From a virus (Duplodnaviria > Caudoviricetes): a DNA stretch of 59,553 bases. Within the stretch, counting starts at the first letter, position 1. Each line of letters starts with the position of its first letter. The position numbers and the translations under genes are program-made. Positions 37,199 through 46,121 of this stretch are shown here, one piece after another. The stretch is from positions 1-59,553 of IMG/VR virus record IMGVR_UViG_3300016484_001067. The stretch is one strand, 5' to 3'. Under the pieces are notes generated by a model. The model did no database searches, was not told where the DNA came from, and saw only the letters and a program-made list of their open reading frames with translations.

Positions 37199-37464
37199 CG
37201 CCGTCCGGGTGAACCCGGCCGCAGGACGTCACCTGCCGGGCACGGGCCGCCTACGGTTGACCGTGCTAGGGCCAGGCAGCACCACGGGAGCCCCGCCGGA
37301 CGACGGTCACGGCGGGGCTCCTGGCGTTGTCGGCGCATCCGGGTACGTTGGCGATGACCCACTGACGGTTAGAGCTCGGGAACCGAGGCGCGTAGCGGCG
37401 GTCGTCGGTGGCGAGGGCGTCGGGCCCGGTTGCCGCTACCGAGGGCCCGACGCCTTACGAGTGC

Positions 37465-37647
37465 TCACCAACCGCGGGCGCGCCACTCTGGGATGGAGGG
37501 CCGCTCCGCGCCGATGGTCGAGTCGTTCCCGTGGCCCGGGTAGAACCAGGCGTCGTCCGGGAGCGTGCCGAAGATGCGCGCCTCGAGGTCGTCCATCAGC
37601 GACCCGAAGTCCCCCGGATTAGTTGTCCGGCCTGGACCGCCGGGGAA
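37465..37647 (-). pseudogene. attP-borne 3' fragment (60 codons) of a host MBL-fold metallo-hydrolase
   Basis: FPGGPGRT..DFGSLMDDLEARIFGTLPDDAWFYPGHGNDSTIGAERPSIPEWRARGW-stop; no own start; abuts the integrase. Confidence 0.8.
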
Positions 37648-37665
37648 TGCGCGCGGCGGACTAGG
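37620..37665. other. Putative attP crossover region
   Basis: Point where similarity to the host gene begins; weak GTCCG/CGGAC dyad centred near 37643. Confidence 0.55.
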
Positions 37666-37674
37666 CTGAACACT

Positions 37675-39156
37675 GTGACCGAGGGGGCCCGAGCGCTGCT
37701 CTACGCGCGCATCAGCGAAGACGACGCACAGCTCGGCGCCGGCGTGACCCGCCAGCTCGAGGACGGACGGGCGTTCTGCGAGGCGCAAGGCTGGACCGTC
37801 GTCGGGGAGCACGTCGACAACGACCTATCCGCGCTCACCGGCAAGCACCGGCCCGGCTACTTCGACCTCATGGCGGCCGCCGAGGCGCGCGAGGCCGACT
37901 GGATCGTCCCCTGGCAGACGTCCCGGCTCTGGCGCAACCGGCAGGAACGCGCCGCCGGCATCGAACGCCTCCGCCGGGTCGCCGTCGGCGTCGCCCCCGT
38001 CAAGGGCCCCCGCCTCGACCTCACGACCGCCTACGGGCGCGGCCTCGCAGGCCTTCTCGGCGAGTTCGACACCATGGAGTCCGAGGTCAAGTCCGAACGC
38101 ATCGAGCGCGCCGCCCGGCAGCGCGCCCAGCAGGGCCACGCCAACGGCGCCGTCGCCTACGGGTGGACGCGCGAGCACCAGTTCGACGACCGCGGACGCC
38201 GCATCGGCTTCCGCGACGTCATCGACCCCCAGGCCGCCGACGTCGTCCGCGAGATTGTCCGCCGGGTCCTGCGGATGGAGTCCCTCGCGTCCATCACCCG
38301 CGACCTCAACACCCGCGGCGTCCCGCCGCCCGGCGCGGGCCTCGTCTTCACCGACAAGGCCCGCGCCAAGAGCAACCAGGACGGCGCCCGCTGGGGCCAG
38401 ACGTCCGTGAAGAAGCTCGTCCTGCGCCCCGCCAACGCCGGCCTGCGCATCCACCACCGCGGCCGCCCCGACGAGACCGTCTACGACGCCGCCGCACCAG
38501 CCCTCATCGACCGCAGCGACTGGGAGCAGGCCGTCGCCATCCTCTCCGCCCCCGCCCGGTCCGTGAAGAACCCCGGCGGACGACGCCACCTGCTCACCTG
38601 GGGCGTCGGAGAATGCGGCCCCTGCGGCTCCCACCTGCGCGTCATCGCCATGCACGGCGGCCGCCACGTCCTCTACACCTGCGCCGACCGCGGCTGCGTC
38701 GGCCGCAACGAAGCCGCCGTCGACGACTTCGTCTCCCGCGTCGCCATCGAACGCCTCTCCCGCCCCGACGCCATGGCATGGATCCGCGCCGCGAGCCCCG
38801 ACGACACCGCAGCCGCACGCGCCGAAGCCGACGAGCTGCGCTCGCGGATCCAGGCCGCCGCCGACGCCTACGCCGCCGGCCGCATCGGCATCGACGCCCT
38901 CGAGCGCGTCGAGGAGCAGCTGCGACCACGCCTCACCACGGCCGAACGCCGCCTCGCCGGCAGCATCCGCGCCGTCCCCCACGACGTCCTCGCCGAGCTC
39001 GCCGGCCCCACCGCCCGCGCCGCCTGGGACCAGGCGCCCGTCACCACCAGGCGCGCCGTCCTCGAGCTGCTGCGCGTCCGCGTGCGGATCCTGCCGACCC
39101 GGCCCGGGCCCGGGTTCGACCCGGACTCCGTCGCGATCGACTGGCTCGACGCCTGA
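37675..39156 (+). CDS. int: Large serine integrase
   Basis: LLYARIS catalytic motif, RPG, SRLWRN, recombinase domain, CGPC..C..C Zn ribbon and coiled coil; TAGGCT -10 box just before GTG. Confidence 0.95.
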   Translation: MTEGARALLYARISEDDAQLGAGVTRQLEDGRAFCEAQGWTVVGEHVDNDLSALTGKHRPGYFDLMAAAEAREADWIVPWQTSRLWRNRQERAAGIERLRRVAVGVAPVKGPRLDLTTAYGRGLAGLLGEFDTMESEVKSERIERAARQRAQQGHANGAVAYGWTREHQFDDRGRRIGFRDVIDPQAADVVREIVRRVLRMESLASITRDLNTRGVPPPGAGLVFTDKARAKSNQDGARWGQTSVKKLVLRPANAGLRIHHRGRPDETVYDAAAPALIDRSDWEQAVAILSAPARSVKNPGGRRHLLTWGVGECGPCGSHLRVIAMHGGRHVLYTCADRGCVGRNEAAVDDFVSRVAIERLSRPDAMAWIRAASPDDTAAARAEADELRSRIQAAADAYAAGRIGIDALERVEEQLRPRLTTAERRLAGSIRAVPHDVLAELAGPTARAAWDQAPVTTRRAVLELLRVRVRILPTRPGPGFDPDSVAIDWLDA

Positions 39157-39185
39157 CCACACCGTCACGGGACGGCGCTCGCGGG

Positions 39186-39380
39186 TCAGGCGGAGCGACG
39201 GAGCCGGTCGGCGTTCGCGAACGCCTGGACGTCGGCCCACGCGTCTGCGACCTGTTGGGGGGTCGCTGTCGGGCTGAGGATGACCGTGAGGGTGACGGGG
39301 TCCACCACTGTCGGCGTCTCCGCCGGGAGGTCGCCCACTGCCATGACTACGTCGTGGATGGATGCCACGTCGTCCCTCAC
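39186..39380 (-). CDS. Hypothetical protein downstream of the repressor
   Basis: 64 aa ORF co-oriented with the repressor. Confidence 0.5.
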   Translation of the reverse strand: MRDDVASIHDVVMAVGDLPAETPTVVDPVTLTVILSPTATPQQVADAWADVQAFANADRLRRSA

Positions 39381-39388
39381 CCCGTCCG

Positions 39389-39853
39389 CTACAGCCCCCG
39401 GATTTCCCTGATGCGCTGCAGAGCGGCCGCCTTGGCTGCAGCCTCGACTTCCTCACGCTCAGCGGGAGACAAGTCACTCAGAGCACTTGCATGGAACCTA
39501 ACGATCAGTTCGGACAGTCGGTAGTCATCATCACCAAACTCGGCTGTTTGCCCGGTATTAACACTCTCTGGATCTTGACCTGCCAGGACGCGGTCGAAGG
39601 TGCCCGGCACCAGGCCCATCGCGGCTTCGAGCGCGGAGCGGCGTGACGGCTGCGGCCAGCTCTTGCCGTCGAGGAAGTTGGCGAGGGTGTCCCGGTCGAT
39701 GCCGGCGGCCTTCGCGAGGCCGAGGCGGCTCATGGGTGGCTTCGCTGCCCCCATCTGCGCCTGGATGAAGTTCCGCAGTCTCAGGCGGTCTTCGTCCTGC
39801 GCATCTGCATGTGCATCTCGCATGGCGGTGAAGCCTGTTTCATCCCCTGTCAT
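39389..39853 (-). CDS. Immunity repressor (XRE HTH)
   Basis: MSRLGLAKAAGIDRDTLANFLDGKSWP HTH; divergent from Cro-like gene; start 39853 or 39823. Confidence 0.8.
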   Translation of the reverse strand: MTGDETGFTAMRDAHADAQDEDRLRLRNFIQAQMGAAKPPMSRLGLAKAAGIDRDTLANFLDGKSWPQPSRRSALEAAMGLVPGTFDRVLAGQDPESVNTGQTAEFGDDDYRLSELIVRFHASALSDLSPAEREEVEAAAKAAALQRIREIRGL

Positions 39854-39960
39854 GGCGCAATGTTCCGCGATTCTCCGCGCGTCTGGGTAGTCCCGTTCCG
39901 CAGGTTGGACCAGTCCTCCGTAGCCCGAACGGCTGATCCTCGGCATCGACACACCTCGCG

Positions 39961-40005
39961 TGCCGAAGATTGCTTGACATTGCGCGATCTACTGCCGAAG
40001 ATTGC
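39961..40005 (+). promoter_or_regulatory. Rightward early promoter with two 13-bp direct-repeat operators
   Basis: TTGACA (39974-39979)-18 nt-AAGATT; TGCCGAAGATTGC at 39961-39973 and 39993-40005. Confidence 0.75.
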
Positions 40006-40008
40006 GGC

Positions 40009-40236
40009 ATGGGAACACCGGAGTTCGGCACCACGGAGACCGACGGAGCACGCCTCCGCCGCGACCGTACCGCCGCCGGTATCGACCCTCGCACGTTCGC
40101 CGAGCTCGTCGGCTACTCGCGGTCCCACATCCGCGCCGTCGAGACCGGCCACCGCCCCATCACGGAGCAACTCGCCGGGCTCGCAGCCGCGGTCCTCGGC
40201 ACCGACCCTGCCCGCTACCTCACCCAGAGGGGGTGA
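40009..40236 (+). CDS. Cro-like XRE HTH protein
   Basis: GARLRRDRTAAGIDPRTFAELVGYSRSHIRAVETG. Confidence 0.85.
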   Translation: MGTPEFGTTETDGARLRRDRTAAGIDPRTFAELVGYSRSHIRAVETGHRPITEQLAGLAAAVLGTDPARYLTQRG

Positions 40237-40242
40237 CCTGCA

Positions 40243-40494
40243 TTGGCCACGCGTCCCACGCCCCCGGCGGACAGCCCGCTGCTCACGCCGGACCAGGCGG
40301 CCGCCCGGATCAACGCCGTCCTCAACGTCGACTGGAACGGCCGCACCATCGTCCGCCGCGTCAAGGCCGGCGACATCGCCGGGGAGCGCGTCGACGGCCG
40401 CGGCACCGTCCGCATCAGCCAGGCCGCGCTCGACGAGTACCTCGCGACCTACGTCGAGCGGCACCGCGTCGTCCCGAAGACGCAGGCCGCCTGA
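40243..40494 (+). CDS. Excisionase-like HTH DNA-binding protein
   Basis: LLTPDQAAARI..RTIVRRVKAGDI..RISQAALDEYL. Confidence 0.75.
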   Translation: MATRPTPPADSPLLTPDQAAARINAVLNVDWNGRTIVRRVKAGDIAGERVDGRGTVRISQAALDEYLATYVERHRVVPKTQAA

Positions 40495-40655
40495 TGGCCG
40501 CCCGCGCCGCCGACCGGGACGAGCGGCTCCGCGCCGCTGTCGCCCGCGCCGTCGACGCGGCGCCACCGCTCAGCGACCGGACCATCGCCCGCCTGTCCGT
40601 CCTGCTCGGCCCCACCAGCACGACAGACATCAGCGGCGAGCAGCCGGCCGCCTGA
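40494..40655 (+). CDS. Small hypothetical protein
   Basis: TGATG coupling; VDAAPPLS motif. Confidence 0.65.
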   Translation: MAARAADRDERLRAAVARAVDAAPPLSDRTIARLSVLLGPTSTTDISGEQPAA

Positions 40656-40670
40656 GCACCCGAACGGCAC

Positions 40671-40703
40671 CACCCAGCAACGCACCCAGCAAGCACCCAG
40701 CAA
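40671..40703 (+). repeat. Three near-tandem CACCCAGCAA repeats
   Basis: Copies at 40671, 40683 and 40694, followed by hairpin GGCCCCGC-ACTCG-GCGGGGCC (40711-40731). Confidence 0.85.
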
Positions 40704-40795
40704 CGCAGCAGGCCCCGCACTCGGCGGGGCCCGCTCACCGCCCACGGACGCCGCAACCGACCAAGGCCAGCGTCCACAGACAGATCGAGGATGAC

Positions 40796-41275
40796 ATGAG
40801 CACCAGCACGAGCACCAGCACCACCCCGGCGACCGGCGTGCTCACGCCCGTCCGGCCGGCCGCCCTCGTCTCCGAGAGCACCGACCTGTCGAAGCGGATC
40901 CTGTCCGCCGTCGCAGCGCACCGCGTCGTCGCGTACAGCATCGACCCGAAGACCATCAGCGTCCCTGGGCACGTCGGCGTCCGCCTCGTCTGGGAGTACG
41001 GCATCTTCACCGTCGAGGTCCTCGACCCCGACCTGGGCACCGACGTCGCCGACTACCTCGGCCTCGTTCCCCAGGGCCACCTCGACCACACCATCCCGCA
41101 GCGGACCTGGCGCGGCACCGTCGCCGACCAGCCCGTCATCCTCGTCGCCCGCGGCCGCACCGCCGCCGACCTCACCCCCGAGACCGCCCGCCGGATCATC
41201 GCCGACATCGAGGCCGAGCAGACCTACGCCGCCGAGATCCGCCGCGACGGCACCCTCGTGGACGTGACCCTGTGA
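40796..41275 (+). CDS. Hypothetical protein
   Basis: GAGG RBS; start of a coupled gene chain. Confidence 0.7.
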   Translation: MSTSTSTSTTPATGVLTPVRPAALVSESTDLSKRILSAVAAHRVVAYSIDPKTISVPGHVGVRLVWEYGIFTVEVLDPDLGTDVADYLGLVPQGHLDHTIPQRTWRGTVADQPVILVARGRTAADLTPETARRIIADIEAEQTYAAEIRRDGTLVDVTL

Positions 41276-41733
41276 CGGCCCCGAACGACCGCATCCGCGC
41301 CGCCGCGCTGCTCGCCCTCTCGGCCTGCGACGCCGCCGGCGTCACCGTCGCCCTCCTCGACATCAGCAACCACCGGGACGGCGAGGTCAACATCTACGGC
41401 CACCCGCGCATCACCGCCCGCCAGGCCAAGCAGATCCTCCACGTCGCCGGAACCGACCCGGCCACCCACCGCGGCAGGGCCAGCCACACCGGGGAGACCG
41501 ACGTCCTCGACGGCCGCACCCCCGACGGGCTGCGCCTCCTCGTCTCCTGCGAGCCGCACCTCGACCGGGAGAAGGCACTCGACGCCCTCGCCGAGCTCTC
41601 CGGCCGGCAGGTCACGGAGGACGACCGCAACAGCCTGGTCGACGCCTACCAGCGCGCGCTCGCCGGCATGCCCGGCCCCGCCGACCTGGCCCGGCTCGCC
41701 ACGGCCGCGCAGACCCTCGGGCTCGGTGCCTGA
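41272..41733 (+). CDS. Hypothetical protein
   Basis: GTGA coupling. Confidence 0.7.
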   Translation: MTAPNDRIRAAALLALSACDAAGVTVALLDISNHRDGEVNIYGHPRITARQAKQILHVAGTDPATHRGRASHTGETDVLDGRTPDGLRLLVSCEPHLDREKALDALAELSGRQVTEDDRNSLVDAYQRALAGMPGPADLARLATAAQTLGLGA

Positions 41734-42014
41734 TGGCCCGACCCCAGCTCGCCGCCGACCAGGTCGCCGACCGCACCTGGCCCCTGTTCGTCCAGCGCTG
41801 GCGCGCCAAGGCCCTGCCGTGGTGCGACACCTGCGAGCAGCCCGCCGTCCTCGTCCCCCTCGAGGGCTGGCGCCACGCCGGCATCGGCGCGCTCCCCATC
41901 GACCCCGCCCCGACTGGCCACCCCGTCACCGCCCTGCAGTGGCACGCCGGCCAGGACCAGCCCGACGCCACCCGCCCCGTGCTCGTCGCCATCACGGAGG
42001 ACGACCCCCGATGA
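41733..42014 (+). CDS. Hypothetical protein (CDTC..H)
   Basis: TGATG coupling. Confidence 0.65.
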   Translation: MARPQLAADQVADRTWPLFVQRWRAKALPWCDTCEQPAVLVPLEGWRHAGIGALPIDPAPTGHPVTALQWHAGQDQPDATRPVLVAITEDDPR

Positions 42015-42154
42015 CCCTCCTCACCATCGCGCTCACCGCGCTCACCCTCGCCCCCCGCCCCGTCCCGCCGTCCGTCGCCCGCCGCGACGACTGGACCGCG
42101 CTCGCCGCCGCCACCGGCGTCCTGCGCGACCGCCGCCCGGGCGGTGCCCGATGA
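42011..42154 (+). CDS. Small hypothetical protein
   Basis: GGAGG RBS; ATGA coupling at both ends. Confidence 0.55.
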   Translation: MTLLTIALTALTLAPRPVPPSVARRDDWTALAAATGVLRDRRPGGAR

Positions 42155-43008
42155 GCCGCATCTACTTCCACAGCCCCAGCGGCGACGCCGAGGTTCCCGG
42201 CACGGAGCGGGCCTGGATGGGCACGGTGACCGACAGCCTCGGGATGTCCCCGGTCGACAGCCACCTGCTCATCAACCTCTCCACAACCGGCTGCGTGACT
42301 CTCTTCGGGCGCTCGGTTGCTACATGGAGCGCCGAGCAGGTCCAGAGCGCCCGCCTGGCCGTTAGGCACTCCGACAGCGTCAGCGATGGCCTGGCCATCA
42401 GCGTCTACGGCGTCGACTTGGATCCCGGCTGCCTCACCCTCAACACGGCACTGCAGCTTGGGTCCCCGGCCATCCGCTTGATGACCCGCCTGCACAACCA
42501 GTGCGAGATCCACTGCTGGGTCGACGGCCCCAACCGCTCCTGGCTTGCCGACCTCATCGACGCCGGACTCGCCGAAGGATCCTTCCGGCACACCGAGGAG
42601 GCACGAGGCTGCGGCTGGAGCGACGTCACCAAGCTCCTGCGCTCGCGTGACGACGAGCCGGTCGTCACGTCGTACAGCGTCTGCGACCAGTTCCCCAACT
42701 CCTACGCGTCGACCTGGATGCCCGCATGGCCCGAGGGCGTCCCGGAGCGCTGGGACGCCCTAGACGAGGCGACGCAGGAAGAGCGCTCTGAGCGAGCGGA
42801 GAGCTGGTACGACCTGCCGCCGGACGAGCAGTGGGCACGCGGCATCGAGTGGCTCCGGGCACAGGCCGGCGGGCTTGAGCTCACCCCCGACCAGTTCACG
42901 GGGAGCCGAGAGTTCCACTTCGGCCGCGACCTCTCGTGGATCGACCTCAAGCACTGGGACGCACAGCAGCGCGTCGCGACGGCCTATGGCACGGGCGGTG
43001 CCCAGTGA
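42151..43008 (+). CDS. Hypothetical protein (285 aa)
   Basis: ATGA coupling; globular composition. Confidence 0.75.
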   Translation: MSRIYFHSPSGDAEVPGTERAWMGTVTDSLGMSPVDSHLLINLSTTGCVTLFGRSVATWSAEQVQSARLAVRHSDSVSDGLAISVYGVDLDPGCLTLNTALQLGSPAIRLMTRLHNQCEIHCWVDGPNRSWLADLIDAGLAEGSFRHTEEARGCGWSDVTKLLRSRDDEPVVTSYSVCDQFPNSYASTWMPAWPEGVPERWDALDEATQEERSERAESWYDLPPDEQWARGIEWLRAQAGGLELTPDQFTGSREFHFGRDLSWIDLKHWDAQQRVATAYGTGGAQ

Positions 43009-43247
43009 CGCGCTCGAACGACGTGCCGGGCGGCCCCTGGACGATGCGCTGCGACCGCGAGGGCTGCGAGACGCGGTCCGAGGAGTTCCCCTCGTCCCCC
43101 GCGCTCAGCATCTTCGCGGAGCGCGGCTGGTTCGTCGCCAAGCTCTGGGGCGACCGCTGCCCGACCTGCGTCGCCGCAGGCCTCGTCGACAAGGTCGAGC
43201 CCCACCCGTGCCTGCCCTCGCCGATCGACGTGGTGAGCACGCTGTGA
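43005..43247 (+). CDS. Small Zn-binding protein
   Basis: RCDREGC..GW..DRCPTC. Confidence 0.65.
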   Translation: MTRSNDVPGGPWTMRCDREGCETRSEEFPSSPALSIFAERGWFVAKLWGDRCPTCVAAGLVDKVEPHPCLPSPIDVVSTL

Positions 43248-43582
43248 CGCCGGCCCGCGTCTACGACGACGCCGCGCAGCGCCTGGACGAGCTCGGCCGC
43301 GAGGCCTCCGGCCGGCTGCCCTGGACGTTCCAGCCCGAGCCGCGCTCGCGGTTCGGGGCGCTCGTCGACGCCGACGGCGACGTCGTCGTTGAGCGCATCT
43401 GGGAGCCCGACGCCCTGCTGCTCGCCGCCGTCCGGGCCGCCGTCCCGCTGCTCGTCGACGAGCTGCACCGCCGCTCCGACGCCGCCCGCGAGCAGGACCG
43501 CGTCGACGACCTCGGCTCCGACGAGCTCGACCCCCGCTGGCTCGACCTCGCCCGCGCCATCACCACCGGAGGCACGCCATGA
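43244..43582 (+). CDS. Hypothetical protein
   Basis: GTGA coupling. Confidence 0.65.
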   Translation: MTPARVYDDAAQRLDELGREASGRLPWTFQPEPRSRFGALVDADGDVVVERIWEPDALLLAAVRAAVPLLVDELHRRSDAAREQDRVDDLGSDELDPRWLDLARAITTGGTP

Positions 43583-44148
43583 CCACGGACCGCCTCGCGC
43601 TCGCCGCCCACGACCAGGCCGCCGCGCTCCGCGTCAACGACGGCCGGACCGTCGACCCGCTCGCGCTGCTCCTCGCGATCCACGACGCCCGCACCCAGGT
43701 CGAGCTCGCCGCCGCCCGCCTCGCCGCGATCCGCGCGATCGGGGCGATCGGCGGGTACGCGTGGCCCGACGAGCGGGACCACGGCTGCCGCGTCACCACC
43801 GGCCCCGACGCCCTCGCCCTCGGCTGCCTCGTCGACCGGGAGCCCGAGAACCCCGACGACCCCCACGGGCCCGGCCTGGGCCGCCTCATCCACGCCGCCC
43901 ACGAGCCCTACGTCTTCCACCGCCGCATCGCGCACCTCACCGCCCGCGCCGAGTCCCGCCTCGACCCCGACACCATCCCCGCCGAGATCCTCGAGCAGCA
44001 CCCCACCGGCACCCTCGACGCCGACACCGTCCTCGACGCCATCCTCGAGCTCGACACCCACGACCACCTCGCCGCGCTCGCTGCCGACGCCCACCAGCCC
44101 GCCGAGCAGCAGCACCGCGAGATCGACCTGCGGGACGGCGACCGGTGA
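43579..44148 (+). CDS. Hypothetical protein
   Basis: GGAGG RBS; ATGA coupling. Confidence 0.7.
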   Translation: MTTDRLALAAHDQAAALRVNDGRTVDPLALLLAIHDARTQVELAAARLAAIRAIGAIGGYAWPDERDHGCRVTTGPDALALGCLVDREPENPDDPHGPGLGRLIHAAHEPYVFHRRIAHLTARAESRLDPDTIPAEILEQHPTGTLDADTVLDAILELDTHDHLAALAADAHQPAEQQHREIDLRDGDR

Positions 44149-44615
44149 CCCCGCCCCGGACCCGCCGCGCACCCGCGAGGACCCTCGGCGCGCCCCTCAC
44201 CCGCGCCGAGATGGACGCCCAGACCGCAGCAGCCATGCACGAGTCCGTCCTCCAGGGCCGCGTCGCAGGCCTCTGCAAGCAGTTCGGCGTCCGGCACTAC
44301 CACACCCACGACTCCCGCCGGTCGACGTCCGGGTGGCCCGACAGCGCCATGGTCGGCGTCGGCGGCTTCATGGTCCGCGAGCTCAAGCGCGAACGGGAGA
44401 AGCCCACCCCCGCCCAGCAGGCGTGGCTCGACGACCTCATCGCAGCGGGCATCAACGCCGGCGTCTGGCGCCCCTCCGACCTCATCTCCGGCCGCATCCA
44501 GACCGAGATCGCCGCGCTCGCCGGCCGCGAGCAGGAAGGCCGCCGCCTCACGACGGCCATGGACATCACCCGGGCGATGCTCGCCCGCCACCGCAACCAG
44601 GGAGACACCCCGTGA
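44145..44615 (+). CDS. VRR-NUC domain nuclease
   Basis: YHTHDSRRS..GWPD..RELK..PTPAQQAWL. Confidence 0.85.
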   Translation: MTPPRTRRAPARTLGAPLTRAEMDAQTAAAMHESVLQGRVAGLCKQFGVRHYHTHDSRRSTSGWPDSAMVGVGGFMVRELKREREKPTPAQQAWLDDLIAAGINAGVWRPSDLISGRIQTEIAALAGREQEGRRLTTAMDITRAMLARHRNQGDTP

Positions 44616-44959
44616 TCCGCGACGCCTACGCCGACGACCCCAAGCGCGTCCGGCCGCTCATCACGCTCGGCACCGGCGCCGCAGGAGAGCCGCTGGCGAC
44701 CTGGACGTGCCCCCTCTGCTCCATCTCGGTCGGCCACCAGATCCGCGTCGTCGGCCTCGCCTGGGCCGCCAACCGAGCCCGCATGCACATGCGCACCAGC
44801 CACGGCTACAGCCCCATCCCCGGCTGGCGGCCGCCGCCCCGTGCCCGCCAGCCCCGGATGGCGCTCGCCGCGGCGAGCAGCGCCCGCGAGGCCACCGTCA
44901 TCACGCTCACCGGCCCGGGCCGCCCCCGCGGTCACGTCGTCCCGCCGCTCGCCGGCTGA
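44612..44959 (+). CDS. C2H2-like Zn-finger protein
   Basis: WTCPLC..HMRTSH; GGGAG RBS. Confidence 0.6.
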   Translation: MIRDAYADDPKRVRPLITLGTGAAGEPLATWTCPLCSISVGHQIRVVGLAWAANRARMHMRTSHGYSPIPGWRPPPRARQPRMALAAASSAREATVITLTGPGRPRGHVVPPLAG

Positions 44960-44993
44960 CCGCCCCCGCCCGATACCACGAGAGGAGGACAGC

Positions 44994-46121
44994 GTGCGCA
45001 CCTACGCGATGGTCTTCTGCAGCATCTGGGCCGACCCCGACTTCCGCGCCCTCAGCCCCGCCGGCCAGTGGCTCTACCTGAACCGCCTGACCTCCCCGAG
45101 CCTCACGCACGTCGGCTCCGCGGACTGGCGGCCCAAGCGGATCGCCGCGCTCGCGGACGGCGCCGACGTCCAGTTTGTCGAGGCCGCGGGCGCCGAGCTC
45201 GCCGCGACCCGGTTCGTCGTCATCGACGACGAGACCGAGGAGATCCTCCTGCGCTCGTTCGTCCGCTGGGACGGCCTCATGAAGATGCCGAACATGGCCA
45301 TCGCGATGGCCAAGGCGCACGCCGCCCTCGCCTCCGAGCAGCTGCGGCAGGTCGCCGTCCACGAGCTGCGCCGCCTCCGCCTGGACCAGCCCGACCTCAC
45401 CGGCTGGGACCACCGCGACAGCAAGGACCAGGTCGCCGCGATCCTCGAGCAGCCGGCCGTCGACGCCCGCGACCTGACGCCCTGGACCCCGGACTGGATG
45501 GACGCCTGGGAAGGGTTCGCCGAGGCCCTCCGAAACGGTCCGGCAAACCCTTCCGGGAACCCTTCGGCAAAGGGTTCGGGAAACCCTTCGGGAAAGGGAT
45601 CGGATCGTGGTTCGGGAAAGGGTTCGGTAAACGGTTCGTCGAAGGGTTCGGCAAACCCATGCCTCACTCCTTCTCCCTCTCCCTACCCTGCTACAGCAAC
45701 CAGCAGCCCTTCCGCGTTTGCTGACGCAAACGCGGCGCGGCCGAGCCGCGCGGGCGATCACGAGACGCCGTCCGAGGCCTCCGACGCCCCCGAGCCGGGG
45801 TCCACGACGACCTCCGCGAACCTCCTACTCGCCGGCTGGATCGACACCCTCGACGAGCGGCCCGCGTCCCGGGTCAAGGGCCAGCTCGCCCGCGAGATCA
45901 AGACGCTGCTCGTCGACGGTTTCTCCGAGGAGCACGTCACCCTCGGCCTGACCGAGTGGCAGATGCGCGGCGTCCACCCGTCGGTCCTGGCGTCCATCGT
46001 CCAGTCCATCCGCGACCGCGGCGGCCGCCCCGCCGCCGCCAGCGGCGCGCAGGGCGCCCCGCTGCCCGGTGCGGGCGTCTGGGACCGCGGACCCGTCCGC
46101 GCGGCCGGGAGGCCCGCGTGA
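44994..46121 (+). CDS. Replication initiator protein
   Basis: SIWADPDFRALS..QWLYL N-terminus; internal iteron array; directly upstream of DnaB. Confidence 0.8.
   Translation: MRTYAMVFCSIWADPDFRALSPAGQWLYLNRLTSPSLTHVGSADWRPKRIAALADGADVQFVEAAGAELAATRFVVIDDETEEILLRSFVRWDGLMKMPNMAIAMAKAHAALASEQLRQVAVHELRRLRLDQPDLTGWDHRDSKDQVAAILEQPAVDARDLTPWTPDWMDAWEGFAEALRNGPANPSGNPSAKGSGNPSGKGSDRGSGKGSVNGSSKGSANPCLTPSPSPYPATATSSPSAFADANAARPSRAGDHETPSEASDAPEPGSTTTSANLLLAGWIDTLDERPASRVKGQLAREIKTLLVDGFSEEHVTLGLTEWQMRGVHPSVLASIVQSIRDRGGRPAAASGAQGAPLPGAGVWDRGPVRAAGRPA
45509..45660. repeat. 12-bp-period iteron array (putative replication origin)
   Basis: Roughly ten units alternating AAACCCTTCGG / AAAGGGTTCGG; AT-richer than the flanks. 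Confidence 0.75.

Noticed and set aside
37408-37674. N-terminal extension of the integrase ORF
   Set aside because: Antisense shadow of the MBL fragment; the catalytic YARIS motif places the start at GTG 37675
40671-40731. CRISPR-like array
   Set aside because: Repeats are only 10 bp with 1-2 nt gaps; no spacers and no cas genes
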